A stretch of DNA of 64,000 bases from an uncultured Planctomycetota bacterium. Its GTDB lineage: Bacteria > Planctomycetota > Planctomycetia > Pirellulales > Lacipirellulaceae. The stretch spans positions 64,001 to 128,000 of the forward strand of contig CAVRBU010000011.1 of NCBI GenBank assembly GCA_963719315.1, given 5' to 3'. Every line of letters starts with the position of its first letter. The stretch's first letter is position 1. The notes under the pieces are model-generated. The model was not told the origin of the DNA. It was given only the letters and a program-made list of their open reading frames with translations, and searched no databases. The translations under genes and the position numbers were made by a program. Positions 1 through 9,427 of this stretch are shown here, piece by piece.

Positions 1-83
1 GTCGATGAGCGCTGAAAAGAATCCACGGTTGGAATTCGCTGTTTGATTCATTGCCAATCGCCGACGTTAAATTCTCGTATGCG

Positions 84-905
84 TCAGAACCAAAGCTTGA
101 TCGGCTTGATGCCGGCTTGTTCAAAGTACGGGTCGAGGCGTCGCCCCAGCTCAGGCCAATGGTGGTGTGGGACAGACGGATAGAGATGGTGTTCCAAATG
201 GTACAGATGTTCCACGGCGATGAAAGACGCTACCTTGCCGCGGAACAATCGAGTTTGCGACAATTCGTTCTCACCATGCGGCTCGTGTGGAACATACGGC
301 GTGACCAGGGGAATGATCCAGCTTCCCATGATCATCAACACGACATAGACCAGAAAAATTGGTGTCACCGCAGTGAGAGCGACGGAGAACAGGACAAGTG
401 TGACGACCCCCACTCCTTCTAATACGATCGCGAAACGTTCCGATTCGGTGTGTTTGACGGCCCACCACCAGATTCGAAATTGGAAGATCGTCCCTTCCAA
501 TAGAGTCCGGAGTAATGACATCTTGGCAGCTGCTCCTTCGATGTCATCGTCGTGCGGATAGCAGGCGTGATGGTGCAGGTGTACCATGCGATACGCGTGG
601 CCGCTGCGTAGGGCCAACAACTCGATTAGCAAAAGCAGGAAGCTATTAGTGCGCTTATGAAAGCCGAGATTTCCGTGGACCAGATCGTGCGAAACGGAGC
701 CGTACGTCACGAAGCTCAGGCAGATAAGACAGATGACAGCGAGCGGCCACCATCGCCAGATTGCGCATACGAAATAGAGCGTGATCCATAGAAAGGGCAG
801 CGAAAGACTAACCGTTCGGCGCACGGGTGAAATGCGCGTTAAGTCATTGGCCAGTTCATGCAGCGCCGGCAGCTTGAATTCGGCCGACTTGATGGGCTCG
901 CTCAT
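84..905 (-). CDS. Membrane fatty acid desaturase family protein
   Basis: Three His boxes (SHDLVH, HLHHH, YHLEHH) and hydrophobic TM segments. Confidence 0.85.
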   Translation of the reverse strand: MSEPIKSAEFKLPALHELANDLTRISPVRRTVSLSLPFLWITLYFVCAIWRWWPLAVICLICLSFVTYGSVSHDLVHGNLGFHKRTNSFLLLLIELLALRSGHAYRMVHLHHHACYPHDDDIEGAAAKMSLLRTLLEGTIFQFRIWWWAVKHTESERFAIVLEGVGVVTLVLFSVALTAVTPIFLVYVVLMIMGSWIIPLVTPYVPHEPHGENELSQTRLFRGKVASFIAVEHLYHLEHHLYPSVPHHHWPELGRRLDPYFEQAGIKPIKLWF

Positions 906-946
906 CGCGATTCGCCAAGGTCAACGATTGTAGCGCGGAGTCATTT

Positions 947-1195
947 CTATTGCAGCCAACTGAGCAGTTGGATCACGCCCAGCACGATGCCCATGAACAC
1001 CACGATCCAGACCGCGAAGCGGAACGCGTGGACGAGGATGGCGTTCATTTCTTCGTGGCGCGTGGCGGCGCACACCAGGCTGACGCTCGTCACCAGCGGC
1101 AGGGCGTACCAGAGCCGGGCGGCGCCGAGCACGGCGAGCAATGCGAACGAGACGGCCGGCGAGGAAGTCAAGTGGTCGACCATGGGCGAGCTCAC
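947..1195 (-). CDS. Small membrane protein, hypothetical
   Basis: 82-aa hydrophobic ORF overlapping the stop of the upstream gene by 4 nt; operon-like layout. Confidence 0.65.
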   Translation of the reverse strand: MSSPMVDHLTSSPAVSFALLAVLGAARLWYALPLVTSVSLVCAATRHEEMNAILVHAFRFAVWIVVFMGIVLGVIQLLSWLQ

Positions 1196-1821
1196 GCTTT
1201 CTTGTCCTTGTCGGCGGTTTTATGCTTGTCGTCGGGCGGCGGGATCACCAGCGGCCCGCCATACGCGTCGAAAATCACCAGCACGTTCAGCAGCCCGGCG
1301 ATTACGGTGAAGACCGTGCCGATATCGAAGAACTCGCCGTAGTCGTAGTTCCACTTCGACAATTCATCGGGGCTGATGACCTTGTGGGCGGGGTCGCTTT
1401 GGTCCTTGGACTCGAAGCCGGGCCCTTGGTCGGCAGGCGGAACTTCGCGGGGCGGGCGCATGAAGCCGCCCCAGAGCGGCTCCTTGTTGTCGCGCACGCG
1501 TTCGCGTTGCACGAGCGCCGGCAACGCGGGCAATCCGACGCCGATCTGACAAACGTACTGCCAGCGATCGTTGAAAAACTTGCGGCTGAAGACGTCGGCC
1601 GTCGAGGCGTAGACGACGTGCCCGCTGCCGATGTACATGCCGTAAATAAACGTTCCGAGGATGCACACGGAGAACAAGATGCCCTTGCCGGTGCGGCCTT
1701 GATAGATATGCCCCAGGCCGGGGACCAGCCAGGCTAGGAACGCCGCCAGGCGCGGATCCTTCAAATCGATTTCGAGCGTCGAGCCGTCACCCTTCTCGAA
1801 ATCCAAAGTCGTTTTGGCCAT
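1192..1821 (-). CDS. Planctomycete membrane protein (DUF6677-like)
   Basis: AAFLAWLVPGLGHIYQGR N-terminal motif and IAGLLNVLVIFDAY C-terminal TM motif. Confidence 0.7.
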   Translation of the reverse strand: MAKTTLDFEKGDGSTLEIDLKDPRLAAFLAWLVPGLGHIYQGRTGKGILFSVCILGTFIYGMYIGSGHVVYASTADVFSRKFFNDRWQYVCQIGVGLPALPALVQRERVRDNKEPLWGGFMRPPREVPPADQGPGFESKDQSDPAHKVISPDELSKWNYDYGEFFDIGTVFTVIAGLLNVLVIFDAYGGPLVIPPPDDKHKTADKDKKA

Positions 1822-2017
1822 CGCAGGTATCTCGAAGCAGCGGATGCGTTAGGGTTTGCGCCCCGGTCGGGGTGGCACGGGCGCAAGATTCCTTATTCTA
1901 GGAATCGAGGCCGGGAATTCCAGGCCAGTTTTGGGGGGCGGCCCGGTGATGGGGCGAATCCAGCACGTTATTCGGCGAGGGTGGGACGATCTTGGCGGAA
2001 AGTGACCAGCGAAAGGA

Positions 2018-2080
2018 GTCGCTGAAGTCGTAAGAGTTGAACTACGGCCAGGCGGGCTGAGTTCTTGCGAATCCAGCTAC
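2018..2080. repeat. Degenerate GTAG-type REP doublet (GTAGCTGAAGTCGCAAGACTTCAG family)
   Basis: GTCGCTGAAGTCGTAAGAGTTGA ... CTGAGTTCTTGCGAATCCAGCTAC; related copy at 57294-57358. Confidence 0.6.
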
Positions 2081-2114
2081 ATCGCAGTGAACCAATCACT
2101 GAAACTGAAAAAGG

Positions 2115-2251
2115 AACCGCCAAGATCGCCAAGGAATGCAGAGAGAAATCAATTTGGCATGCAGTTTGTCTGTTAAATACCGTTCCGGCAAACTATCGCG
2201 TTTTTGACCGTAATAAATGAAGGCTTGGCGTTCTTGGCGTGCTTGGCGGTT
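2115..2251. repeat. 9-mer tandem inverted-repeat element (nnCGCCAAG units)
   Basis: AACCGCCAAGATCGCCAAG ... CTTGGCGTTCTTGGCGTGCTTGGCGGTT around an AT-rich spacer; related at 9931-10011 and 47969-47995. Confidence 0.8.
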
Positions 2252-2265
2252 TTCACTCCGAGTAA

Positions 2266-2943
2266 TCACTGGGCCTCGGGCCCGCCGATTTTGCGCAGAT
2301 ACTCGGCCAACTGGGCTTGCAGGTCCAAGAGCTGTTGCCACTGGGCGAGGTCGATTTTGACGTGCGTCGCGCCTTCCGGCAGCGTGGCCGATTGCACGAG
2401 CGTTCGACTCTGCAGGTGCAAGAATTCGAAGATCTCCGAGAGCTGCGCGGCCTGGCCGGGGCTGAGGCCGGTGGGCAACTCGGGCGCCGCCGGAATGTGC
2501 AATGTGCTGTGCAGGCTGTCCGACGCGCCCCAGCGGAGTTCGAAATCCATCGCCTCCGGATCGAGGTGGCGTGAAATCTTCGACGGGTCCAAGTCGCCGG
2601 TAAGGCCCAGCCCGCTCTCGCGCAGCTCGTCGAGCCGGCTGACGATCTGATCCTTCGTGCCGTACAGCAGAATGCTGCGGCCGACGGCGATCACGTCGCC
2701 GAATTGCAGGACGCGGAGCTGCGCGTCTTCGCCGTTGACGCGCGTGCCGTTCGTGCTCTCCAGGTCCGTCAGCACGAGTTTGTTCTGGTCTTCCTGGATT
2801 TTGATATGGAAGCGGCTGATCCGTTCGTCGTTGAGTTGAACGGTGTTGCCCTCCTCGCGGCCGATCGTAACCGGCGTGGGCAATTTCTCGAACACGCGGC
2901 CCCGATCCGCCCCATCCAGTATTCGCAACGTCACGTCAGCCAT
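2266..2943 (-). CDS. FHA domain protein
   Basis: FHA motifs IGR, ISRFH and STNGT. Confidence 0.9.
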   Translation of the reverse strand: MADVTLRILDGADRGRVFEKLPTPVTIGREEGNTVQLNDERISRFHIKIQEDQNKLVLTDLESTNGTRVNGEDAQLRVLQFGDVIAVGRSILLYGTKDQIVSRLDELRESGLGLTGDLDPSKISRHLDPEAMDFELRWGASDSLHSTLHIPAAPELPTGLSPGQAAQLSEIFEFLHLQSRTLVQSATLPEGATHVKIDLAQWQQLLDLQAQLAEYLRKIGGPEAQ

Positions 2944-3136
2944 CGGAAGTATCACACTGCTTGGTAAGCGTGCGCGCTCGCTCGCGTTGCGCTATCGTGC
3001 GCCAGAAAAGGCTTACAGCATCGTTTCACCGAAACAAGTCGAGCGCAAACTGCCGACGCCGCGTTCCGTCCCTCGGATGCCTTGCCAATTCCATTTTGCG
3101 CAATAATCGACCCTTCCGCAACAGGCGGGATTACGG

Positions 3137-3258
3137 CGTGGTGTCCTAATTTGCAGCACAACAACCTTGTAGCACGGCCTTCAGTCCGTGTTTCTCGTAA
3201 GGACTGAAGTCCGTGCTACAAAGTTCCGGTCCGAAGGGAGCCAAATTAGGACACCACC
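3137..3258. mobile_element. 122-bp MITE copy 1 with internal REP doublet
   Basis: TIR (C)GTGGTGTCCTAATTTG ... CAAATTAGGACACCACC; flanks GATTACGG/GATTGCGG (7/8 TSD). Confidence 0.9.
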
Positions 3259-3271
3259 GATTGCGGGGGAA

Positions 3272-3326
3272 GTGCCGTCAACTCGCTCCGCGAGCTGAAA
3301 TTCCTCTCGCGGTGCGAGAGGGCTGC
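3272..3326. repeat. Degenerate REP-like palindrome pair downstream of purH
   Basis: TCAACTCGCTCCGCGAGCTGA and CCTCTCGCGGTGCGAGAGG hairpins in inverted arrangement. Confidence 0.5.
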
Positions 3327-3327
3327 T

Positions 3328-4932
3328 TTAATGCCGGAAATGACGGCGATCGGTGAAGATGATCGGGATGCCGTGCTGGTTGCAGGCGGCGACCACCTCG
3401 TCATCGCGGCGCGAACCGCCGGGTTGGATAATGACGGCGACGCCCGCCGCGGCCGCGAGGTGAATGGAATCGTCGAATGGGAAAAACGCGTCGGAGGCGA
3501 GCGCGGCGCCGTGGGCTCGGTCGCCCGCCTTTTTGATCGCGATTTCGACGGAATCCACGCGGCTCATCTGCCCGGCCCCAACGCCGACGATCGCCAGGTC
3601 TTTGGCCAGCACGATGGCGTTCGATTTCACGTGCCGGCACACGGCCCAAGCGATCCGCAAGTCGATGTGTTGTGCCTTGGTCGGCTGCGTGCTGGTGACG
3701 ACTTTCCAATCGGCGTCATCGTCGTGCAAATTGTCGGCCGTCTGGACGAGCATGCCGCCGCTGATTTGACGAAGTTCGCGCGCACCCGGATCGTGGACCA
3801 TCATCTTTTCGAGTTTTAGCAGCCGCACGTTCGCTTTCCACTTCGGCTTGGTCGTGAGAATTTCGAACGCTTCGGGTGTGAAGTCGGGGGCGATGATGGC
3901 CTCGACGAATCGATCGGGCCCGGCGAGAAACTCGGCTGCCTCTGCATCGACGGGCTCGTTGAAGCCCAGCACCGAGCCGAACGCGCTTACGGGATCGCCT
4001 TCCCAAGCGCGGCGCAATGCTTCGCAAACCCTTTCGGCGCTGGCTGCACCGCACGGATTGTTGTGTTTGATCACCACGACACTCGGAATCGGCAAAGATC
4101 GTACAATGGCGAGCGCGCTATCCAGGTCCAAATAGTTGTTGTACGACAACTCTTTGCCGTGAACGTGCTGGGCACGCACCAGCGCGCTCACGGGCGGCTC
4201 GGGCAAAACATAGAGCGTTGCCGGTTGATGTGGGTTTTCTCCATACCGGAGCGACTCTGTCCGCTTCAGCTCGACTGTGATCGAATCCGGGAACCCGCTG
4301 ATATCCGTTCCAACCGATGTGCGCTCGAAGTCGTCGAGATTGCCGGACCAATAGCCGGCGATGGCGGCATCATACAGAGCCGTATATTGGAACGCAGTTC
4401 CCGCTAAGCTGCGTCGTGAATTCAACGTGGTCGCACCGCCATTCGCGCGCATTTCGTCGAGCACTTGTTGATAGTGCTTCGGGTAGCAAACGACGGTCAC
4501 GAATTCATGGTTTTTCGCCGCCCCGCGAATCAGCGTTGGTCCGCCGATATCGATGTTTTCGATCGCCTCTTCGACGGTGACGTTGGGTCGCGCGACGGTC
4601 TCCTTGAACGGGTACAGGTTCACCACGACCAGGTCGAACGGCACGATTCCCTGGGCGGCGATGGCGGCCATGTCGTCGGGGCGGTCGCGGCGGCAGAGGA
4701 TGCCCCCGTGGATTTTGGGGTGCAGGGTCTTGATCCGGCCGTCCATCATTTCTGGGAAGCCGGTGTAGGCCGCCACCTCGCGAACGGGGATGCCGGCCCC
4801 TTCCAGGTGCTTCCGCGAGCCGCCGCTGGCGTAGATTTCAACTCCTGCCGCCACAAGACCTTGGGCGAAATCGAGGAGGCCCGTTTTATCGCTGACGCTG
4901 ATGAGTGCCCGCTCGATTTTGGGGGAGCTCAT
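3328..4932 (-). CDS. purH: Bifunctional AICAR transformylase/IMP cyclohydrolase
   Basis: RALISVSDK, GRIKTLHP, LRYGENPHQ, GAGQMSRVDS and ASDAFFPF motifs. Confidence 0.98.
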   Translation of the reverse strand: MSSPKIERALISVSDKTGLLDFAQGLVAAGVEIYASGGSRKHLEGAGIPVREVAAYTGFPEMMDGRIKTLHPKIHGGILCRRDRPDDMAAIAAQGIVPFDLVVVNLYPFKETVARPNVTVEEAIENIDIGGPTLIRGAAKNHEFVTVVCYPKHYQQVLDEMRANGGATTLNSRRSLAGTAFQYTALYDAAIAGYWSGNLDDFERTSVGTDISGFPDSITVELKRTESLRYGENPHQPATLYVLPEPPVSALVRAQHVHGKELSYNNYLDLDSALAIVRSLPIPSVVVIKHNNPCGAASAERVCEALRRAWEGDPVSAFGSVLGFNEPVDAEAAEFLAGPDRFVEAIIAPDFTPEAFEILTTKPKWKANVRLLKLEKMMVHDPGARELRQISGGMLVQTADNLHDDDADWKVVTSTQPTKAQHIDLRIAWAVCRHVKSNAIVLAKDLAIVGVGAGQMSRVDSVEIAIKKAGDRAHGAALASDAFFPFDDSIHLAAAAGVAVIIQPGGSRRDDEVVAACNQHGIPIIFTDRRHFRH

Positions 4933-5042
4933 CGGGTACTCCCTGGGGCCGCAATTGCCCCGAATTCACTTTCCATGGAAAAATCGCATTCCGCCATGAA
5001 CCGGCTGCAAACGAGTCTCGTAAGGCTATTAGAGAAATGAAT

Positions 5043-5207
5043 GGCGACGGCGGTCCTGCCCCAAGTAGCTGTCGTCGCCGTGCTGTTTGGGCCGGCAGCA
5101 CCCAGCCGCGGCCACAATAGCACCTCTCGCCGTCCCTTTCAACGTGCGCCTCGGGCCACCGTCCCCCCCTCAACCCGGGGCCGACTAACAAAGGGACGGC
5201 GTTTTTT
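5043..5207 (+). ncRNA. Candidate structured small RNA (three hairpins plus U-tract)
   Basis: Stems GGCGACG/CGTCGCC, GTGCTGTT/AATAGCAC and CGCCGTCCCTTT/AAAGGGACGGCG followed by T6; no credible ORF. Confidence 0.4.
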
Positions 5208-5237
5208 ATGCGCTGAGGTTTTTCAAGGGCCACGATC

Positions 5238-5271
5238 CTGGGGGCTCGCAGAGCCTCGACCCCAGGCACTC
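5238..5271. repeat. Single REP-like palindrome (CTGGGGGCTCG...CTCGACCCCAG family)
   Basis: Matches the arms of the doublet at 23734-23806. Confidence 0.6.
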
Positions 5272-5880
5272 GGCGGGCACCCATGTGGCAAATTTCTTTG
5301 GGGTGCTGTCGTAAACCTGTCGCACTTGAGGTGCGTATTGTTTGTGGATACAGAATCCAGGGGACGGGATATGGGGAAAGCGATTCGCGATGAGAACTCG
5401 CCGAATTTGCTTCCCCGACGCTCGACCCGCTTCGTTTGCCGGTCCATTTGACGGACCGGTATCTGGGTGGCAGGACGCCAACATTCAGGGTCTGGAGCAG
5501 TTGGCGATTTGACGTGTTGCTTGACATTCGTCCACGGGCGCAACATGATCGGTTGTGACGTTTAATCCGAATAGCGCGAGCCATATTCGCGCGGCGGACG
5601 AACGGTCATAACCCTGCAAAGTGCGCCGGTCGTCAGAACCGTGGTTCACGGATTTGACGTTGCTCAGTGAGCAATCGGCGCGTTGCGATTCGGTTGGCGC
5701 GACGTGTAACGGGACTACCGCGCAGGCGACACGCAAGCGGCGAAAAAGTGTGGCGGCTTTTTTGACCGCGGCCTTTTCGTGTTCTATATTCATTTGGCCA
5801 TCTTGCACAGACCCTCCGAACGCGCACTGGTTCGGCGTGCTGCACGGCAGCAGTCCGACGGCGAAGAACAGGATACATCG

Positions 5881-7655
5881 ATGCGACAACGGGTAGTTGC
5901 CTTCTCGCGTTCTCTGGCACGTTTCCTCGCCCTTTCGGCTTGTGTGGCGCTGGCCGCGGCCGCCAATGCTCAGGTCGCTCCGCCGACTTTGCAGCCGGCA
6001 ACCCAACAGCCGCAGCAGCCGATCACGCCGAAGTTTCAGCCAGCGGCCAGCATGGCCAATGCGCTGCAGAGCGCGATCAGCCACGTGCTCGAAAAGGGCC
6101 ACAGCCTCGAAGTCAGCGGCCGCTGGGCCGATGCTTTGACGCAGTACGAAGAAGCGCTCCACGAGTATCCAGAAGATAAAGCGCTGCAGGCGCGGTTCGA
6201 CCTCGCCCGGTTGCACTATAGTCTGGACCAGCGCTACGACGACCGCAGCTTCCGCGACGCCCTCCGGACGCTCAAGCCGCAGCAGGCGCTTGACCAGTAC
6301 AACGACTTGTTGAGCAAGATCGACGCTCACTACTACACCGATCCGCCGTGGCAAGATATCGCTCAGCGGGGCGCCACGGCGATGGACATCGCGCTCGCCA
6401 ATGAAAACTTCCTTCGCAACCAGGGCGTTCGCGTCCGCGGGCAGCAAGTCGATCAATTGCGAAGCGAGATTTCGCAGTTCCCGGGTCGATACGCGATCAA
6501 GTCGGCCCGCGACGTGTCGGCCGTTTCGGCGCAAATCGCCCGCTTGGCACGGCAACGCGTGGGCGTGAATGAAACGGCGACCCTGTTGGAATTCACGGCG
6601 GCCGCGGCCGGCGGGTTGGACCACTATTCGTCGTTCCTTACGGGCGATCAACTCCGCGATATCTATTCGCAAATCGAAGGCAATTTCGTGGGCCTGGGCG
6701 TGGAGCTCAAAGCCGACCAAGGCGCGCTCTTGATCGTCCACGTCATTCCGCACAGCCCGGCCGAAACTGCTGGCATTCACGAAGGCGATCGCATCACCGC
6801 CGTAGATGGCCAAGATACCAAGGCGCTTTCGACCGACGAGGCAGCCTCGCTTCTCACCGGCGAAGAAGGCAGCCTGGTCAAGGTTGTCGTCAACACGCCC
6901 GGCCGAGCGCCCGCGAATTGACGGTCCGTCGTGCGAGCGTGGACGTGCCCAGTTTGGAGAATGTGAAGATCGTCGATCCGGCAACGGGCGTGGCCTATGT
7001 TCGCATTCCCGCGTTCCAGAAAACGACGCCGACCGATTTGGAAAACGCCCTCTGGGATCTGCACAAGCAGGGGATGCGGAGCCTGATCATCGACCTCCGC
7101 GGCAACCCAGGCGGCTTGCTGACGGCGAGCGTCGAAATCGCCGACAAGTTCATCGCCGATGGCGGCATCGTTTCGACCCGTGGTCGCAGCGAGCCGGAGA
7201 ATTTCAGCTATCGCGCTCATCGCCCCGGCACGTGGCGCGTGCCGCTCGTAGTGCTGATCGACGGCGATAGTGCAAGTGCCAGTGAGATCTTCGCCGGCGC
7301 GATCAAGGACTCGGGCCGCGGTAAGGTCGTCGGTTTGCGGTCCTATGGCAAAGGATCGGTGCAAGGCATCTTCCCCTTGGGCAAGACCGGCGCCGGCGCA
7401 CGGCTGACCACCGCTAAATTCTTCTCGCCGCTCGGTCACCCGATTGCCAACGTGGGCATCACGCCCGATATCAACGTCCGCAACCCGCCCAATAATTACC
7501 TGGTTGGTTTCCGCGGCGCCGACAGCATCAACGCTCCGATGGCCAACAGCGCAGCCGCCACCGTGCCGACCGCTGCTCCGGCCGGTTCGGACAAAGATCG
7601 CACGCTTGAAATTGCGATCGGCGTTGCCCGCGATCTGCCGGTGGCGCAGCTGTAA
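5881..7655 (+). CDS. S41 carboxy-terminal processing protease with PDZ domain (frameshift near 6915)
   Basis: Signal peptide; GLGVELK PDZ; DLRGNPGG, SASASEI and GKGSVQ motifs split over ORFs 5779-6921 and 6918-7655. Confidence 0.88.
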
Positions 7656-7819
7656 GCGGGAAGTACGCTCAGCCCCGCGTCGCAGCTATATCGCCTTCGA
7701 TTGGAAGAATGAAAGCGTTGCTTCTACCGTTTCTTGGCAGATAGGAATCGCTCAATGAGGCGGCAGAGTTCGCCAAATCTTGCTGGACCGCCGCATCCAG
7801 CCCACGCTAAAATAACACT

Positions 7820-8092
7820 ATGAGCCAGGAGTTTCAGGCCATCTACGAAAACGGCGTGCTTCGACCAATCACGCCACTGAACTTGCCGGAGTCGGCGGAG
7901 GTTGCGGGGACGCTTCGGGAAACGAATGGCATTGGACGCGAATTTGCCAAGCCGGACACTGCTGCGCTGCAACGTCAGCAGGCGGCGTTGAATGCCATGT
8001 TCAGTGAAATAGACAAACTGCCGCAGGCTTCTAGCTCAGACGGTCTTTCCGGGCGCGATCACGACAAAATACTTTATGGATCAGGGCAGTGA
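7820..8092 (+). CDS. Antitoxin, DUF104/AF2212-like
   Basis: AIYENGVLRP motif; 4-nt overlap with the PIN gene; C-terminal HDKILYG. Confidence 0.8.
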   Translation: MSQEFQAIYENGVLRPITPLNLPESAEVAGTLRETNGIGREFAKPDTAALQRQQAALNAMFSEIDKLPQASSSDGLSGRDHDKILYGSGQ

Positions 8093-8484
8093 TCTTTGTC
8101 GACACCGGAGCTTGGTTCGCACGGTACGTAGCGGACGACGTAGATCACAAGGCGGCCGTGGATTGGTTTGCGAACGTGCCCGACCGTCTGGTCAAGACGG
8201 ACTATGTCGTCGACGAATTGCTCACGCTTCTCAAAGTTCGAGGGCATTCCGAGATCGCATTTGCCGTCGGGACACCCCTCGTGTCCGGCGTCACCTGCGA
8301 ACTCGAATTCATCAATCCCTCGGATGTTCATCGGGCTTGGATCGTATTCTCGACTTATCGCGACAAAGGTTGGAGCTTTACTGATTGCGTAAGCCGCGTA
8401 GTAATCGAGCGAATGGGAATCACCGCCGCATGTGCCTTCGATGATCACTTTCGCCAGTTTGGCAATTTGAACGTAGTGCCATAA
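8089..8484 (+). CDS. vapC: PIN-domain (VapC-type) toxin
   Basis: IFVDTGAW, SFTDCVS and FDDHF acidic PIN motifs. Confidence 0.88.
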   Translation: MIFVDTGAWFARYVADDVDHKAAVDWFANVPDRLVKTDYVVDELLTLLKVRGHSEIAFAVGTPLVSGVTCELEFINPSDVHRAWIVFSTYRDKGWSFTDCVSRVVIERMGITAACAFDDHFRQFGNLNVVP

Positions 8485-8497
8485 GCTTACAGACCTG

Positions 8498-9395
8498 TTA
8501 CAGCCTTCTGCCGCGATAGACTTGGACAGCAGAACCGTCGGCGATGAGGACGCTACGGGGCGGCGCGGCAAGATACTCTGCGAACTGCGTATCATACGTC
8601 GCCGCGAGATCGCAATCCCATACCACATCGTCCGCCGGCGCCACGCGCCAAGGTTCATGAGCCACCCGGTACTCGCACGTGTGGCCGTCGCGACCGCGGG
8701 CATAGCCCCAGTAGTGATCGACGAGGAATTCGTCCAGCGACCCTGTCGGCGGCCGTGTCAAAGTCGCTGCGACACGGCCGGCGAGGCGGTTCCAACGGAG
8801 GGCGCTAAGCCGCCAGCGGCTTTGCCACGCGTATTCAAGGGAGTCGCCGGGGCGGAGTCCTTAACCGGCAGTTGTGATGGTACTGCACATGGGGCGGGTG
8901 ATGTAGTTTTCGTAATACAATAGGTTGGCGATCATCGCCACGGCGCGGCGGGGCACGATCTCGCGGACGAAAACAACGCCGCGGCGTGTTTCGTTGCCGA
9001 TGATTCGCTTCACGTAGTAGCGAAGGTTGATCTCGTCGAAATTGGTGTGGCCGGGAACGGGGATGCCGAGGACGCGCACATTTTGAAAGCGGAAGCCGAC
9101 AATGCTCATGTAGGCCTGACCCTCGTGCAGATCAGGCTCCGTGCCAGCGGGAGCGAGGCCTGCGATAAACTCGACCGGCACCGCGAAGTTCAAGAGCGGC
9201 AGGTCGGTCCAGCGGGCCGTTAGAAATGGTCGCTCGCGGGGCACAGGGTGGTGTCCTAATTTGGCACCGTGCGGACCGGAACTATGTAGCACGGACTTCA
9301 GTCCGTACGAGAATCACGGACTGAAGTCCGTGCCACAAGCTTGTTGTGCCGCAAATTAGGACACTACCGGGCACAGGCGATGGTTGACGTGGCGA
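8498..9395 (-). pseudogene. DUF2071/YqjF family gene disrupted by a MITE and an in-frame TAA
   Basis: FLTARW, NFDEINLRYYV and EFLVDHYWGY motifs; TAA at 8861-8863 with the frame continuing; MITE at 9247-9368 splits the N-terminus. 5' end approximate. Confidence 0.8.
9247..9368. mobile_element. 122-bp MITE copy 2 (inverted orientation)
   Basis: GGTGGTGTCCTAATTTG ... CAAATTAGGACACTACC; perfect 8-bp TSD GGGCACAG at 9239-9246 and 9369-9376. Confidence 0.95.
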
Positions 9396-9427
9396 AGCAG
9401 CCACTCGATACTCGTTAGTTCATGATA

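Noticed and set aside
4933..5300. ZMP/ZTP (pfl) riboswitch upstream of purH
   Set aside because: The expected GACTGGCG and CGCCTGGGC-like motifs were not found on the minus strand, and the visible hairpins have their U-tract on the plus strand.
5485..6984. Long antisense ORFs (also 13673-14788, 20897-22045, 51278-52459, 58746-59969)
   Set aside because: These are shadows of real genes caused by high-GC codon bias and show no recognisable motifs.
8861..8863. Stop-codon readthrough or recoding in the DUF2071 gene
   Set aside because: The codon is TAA, not TGA or TAG, and the gene has an independent MITE lesion, so pseudogenisation is simpler.
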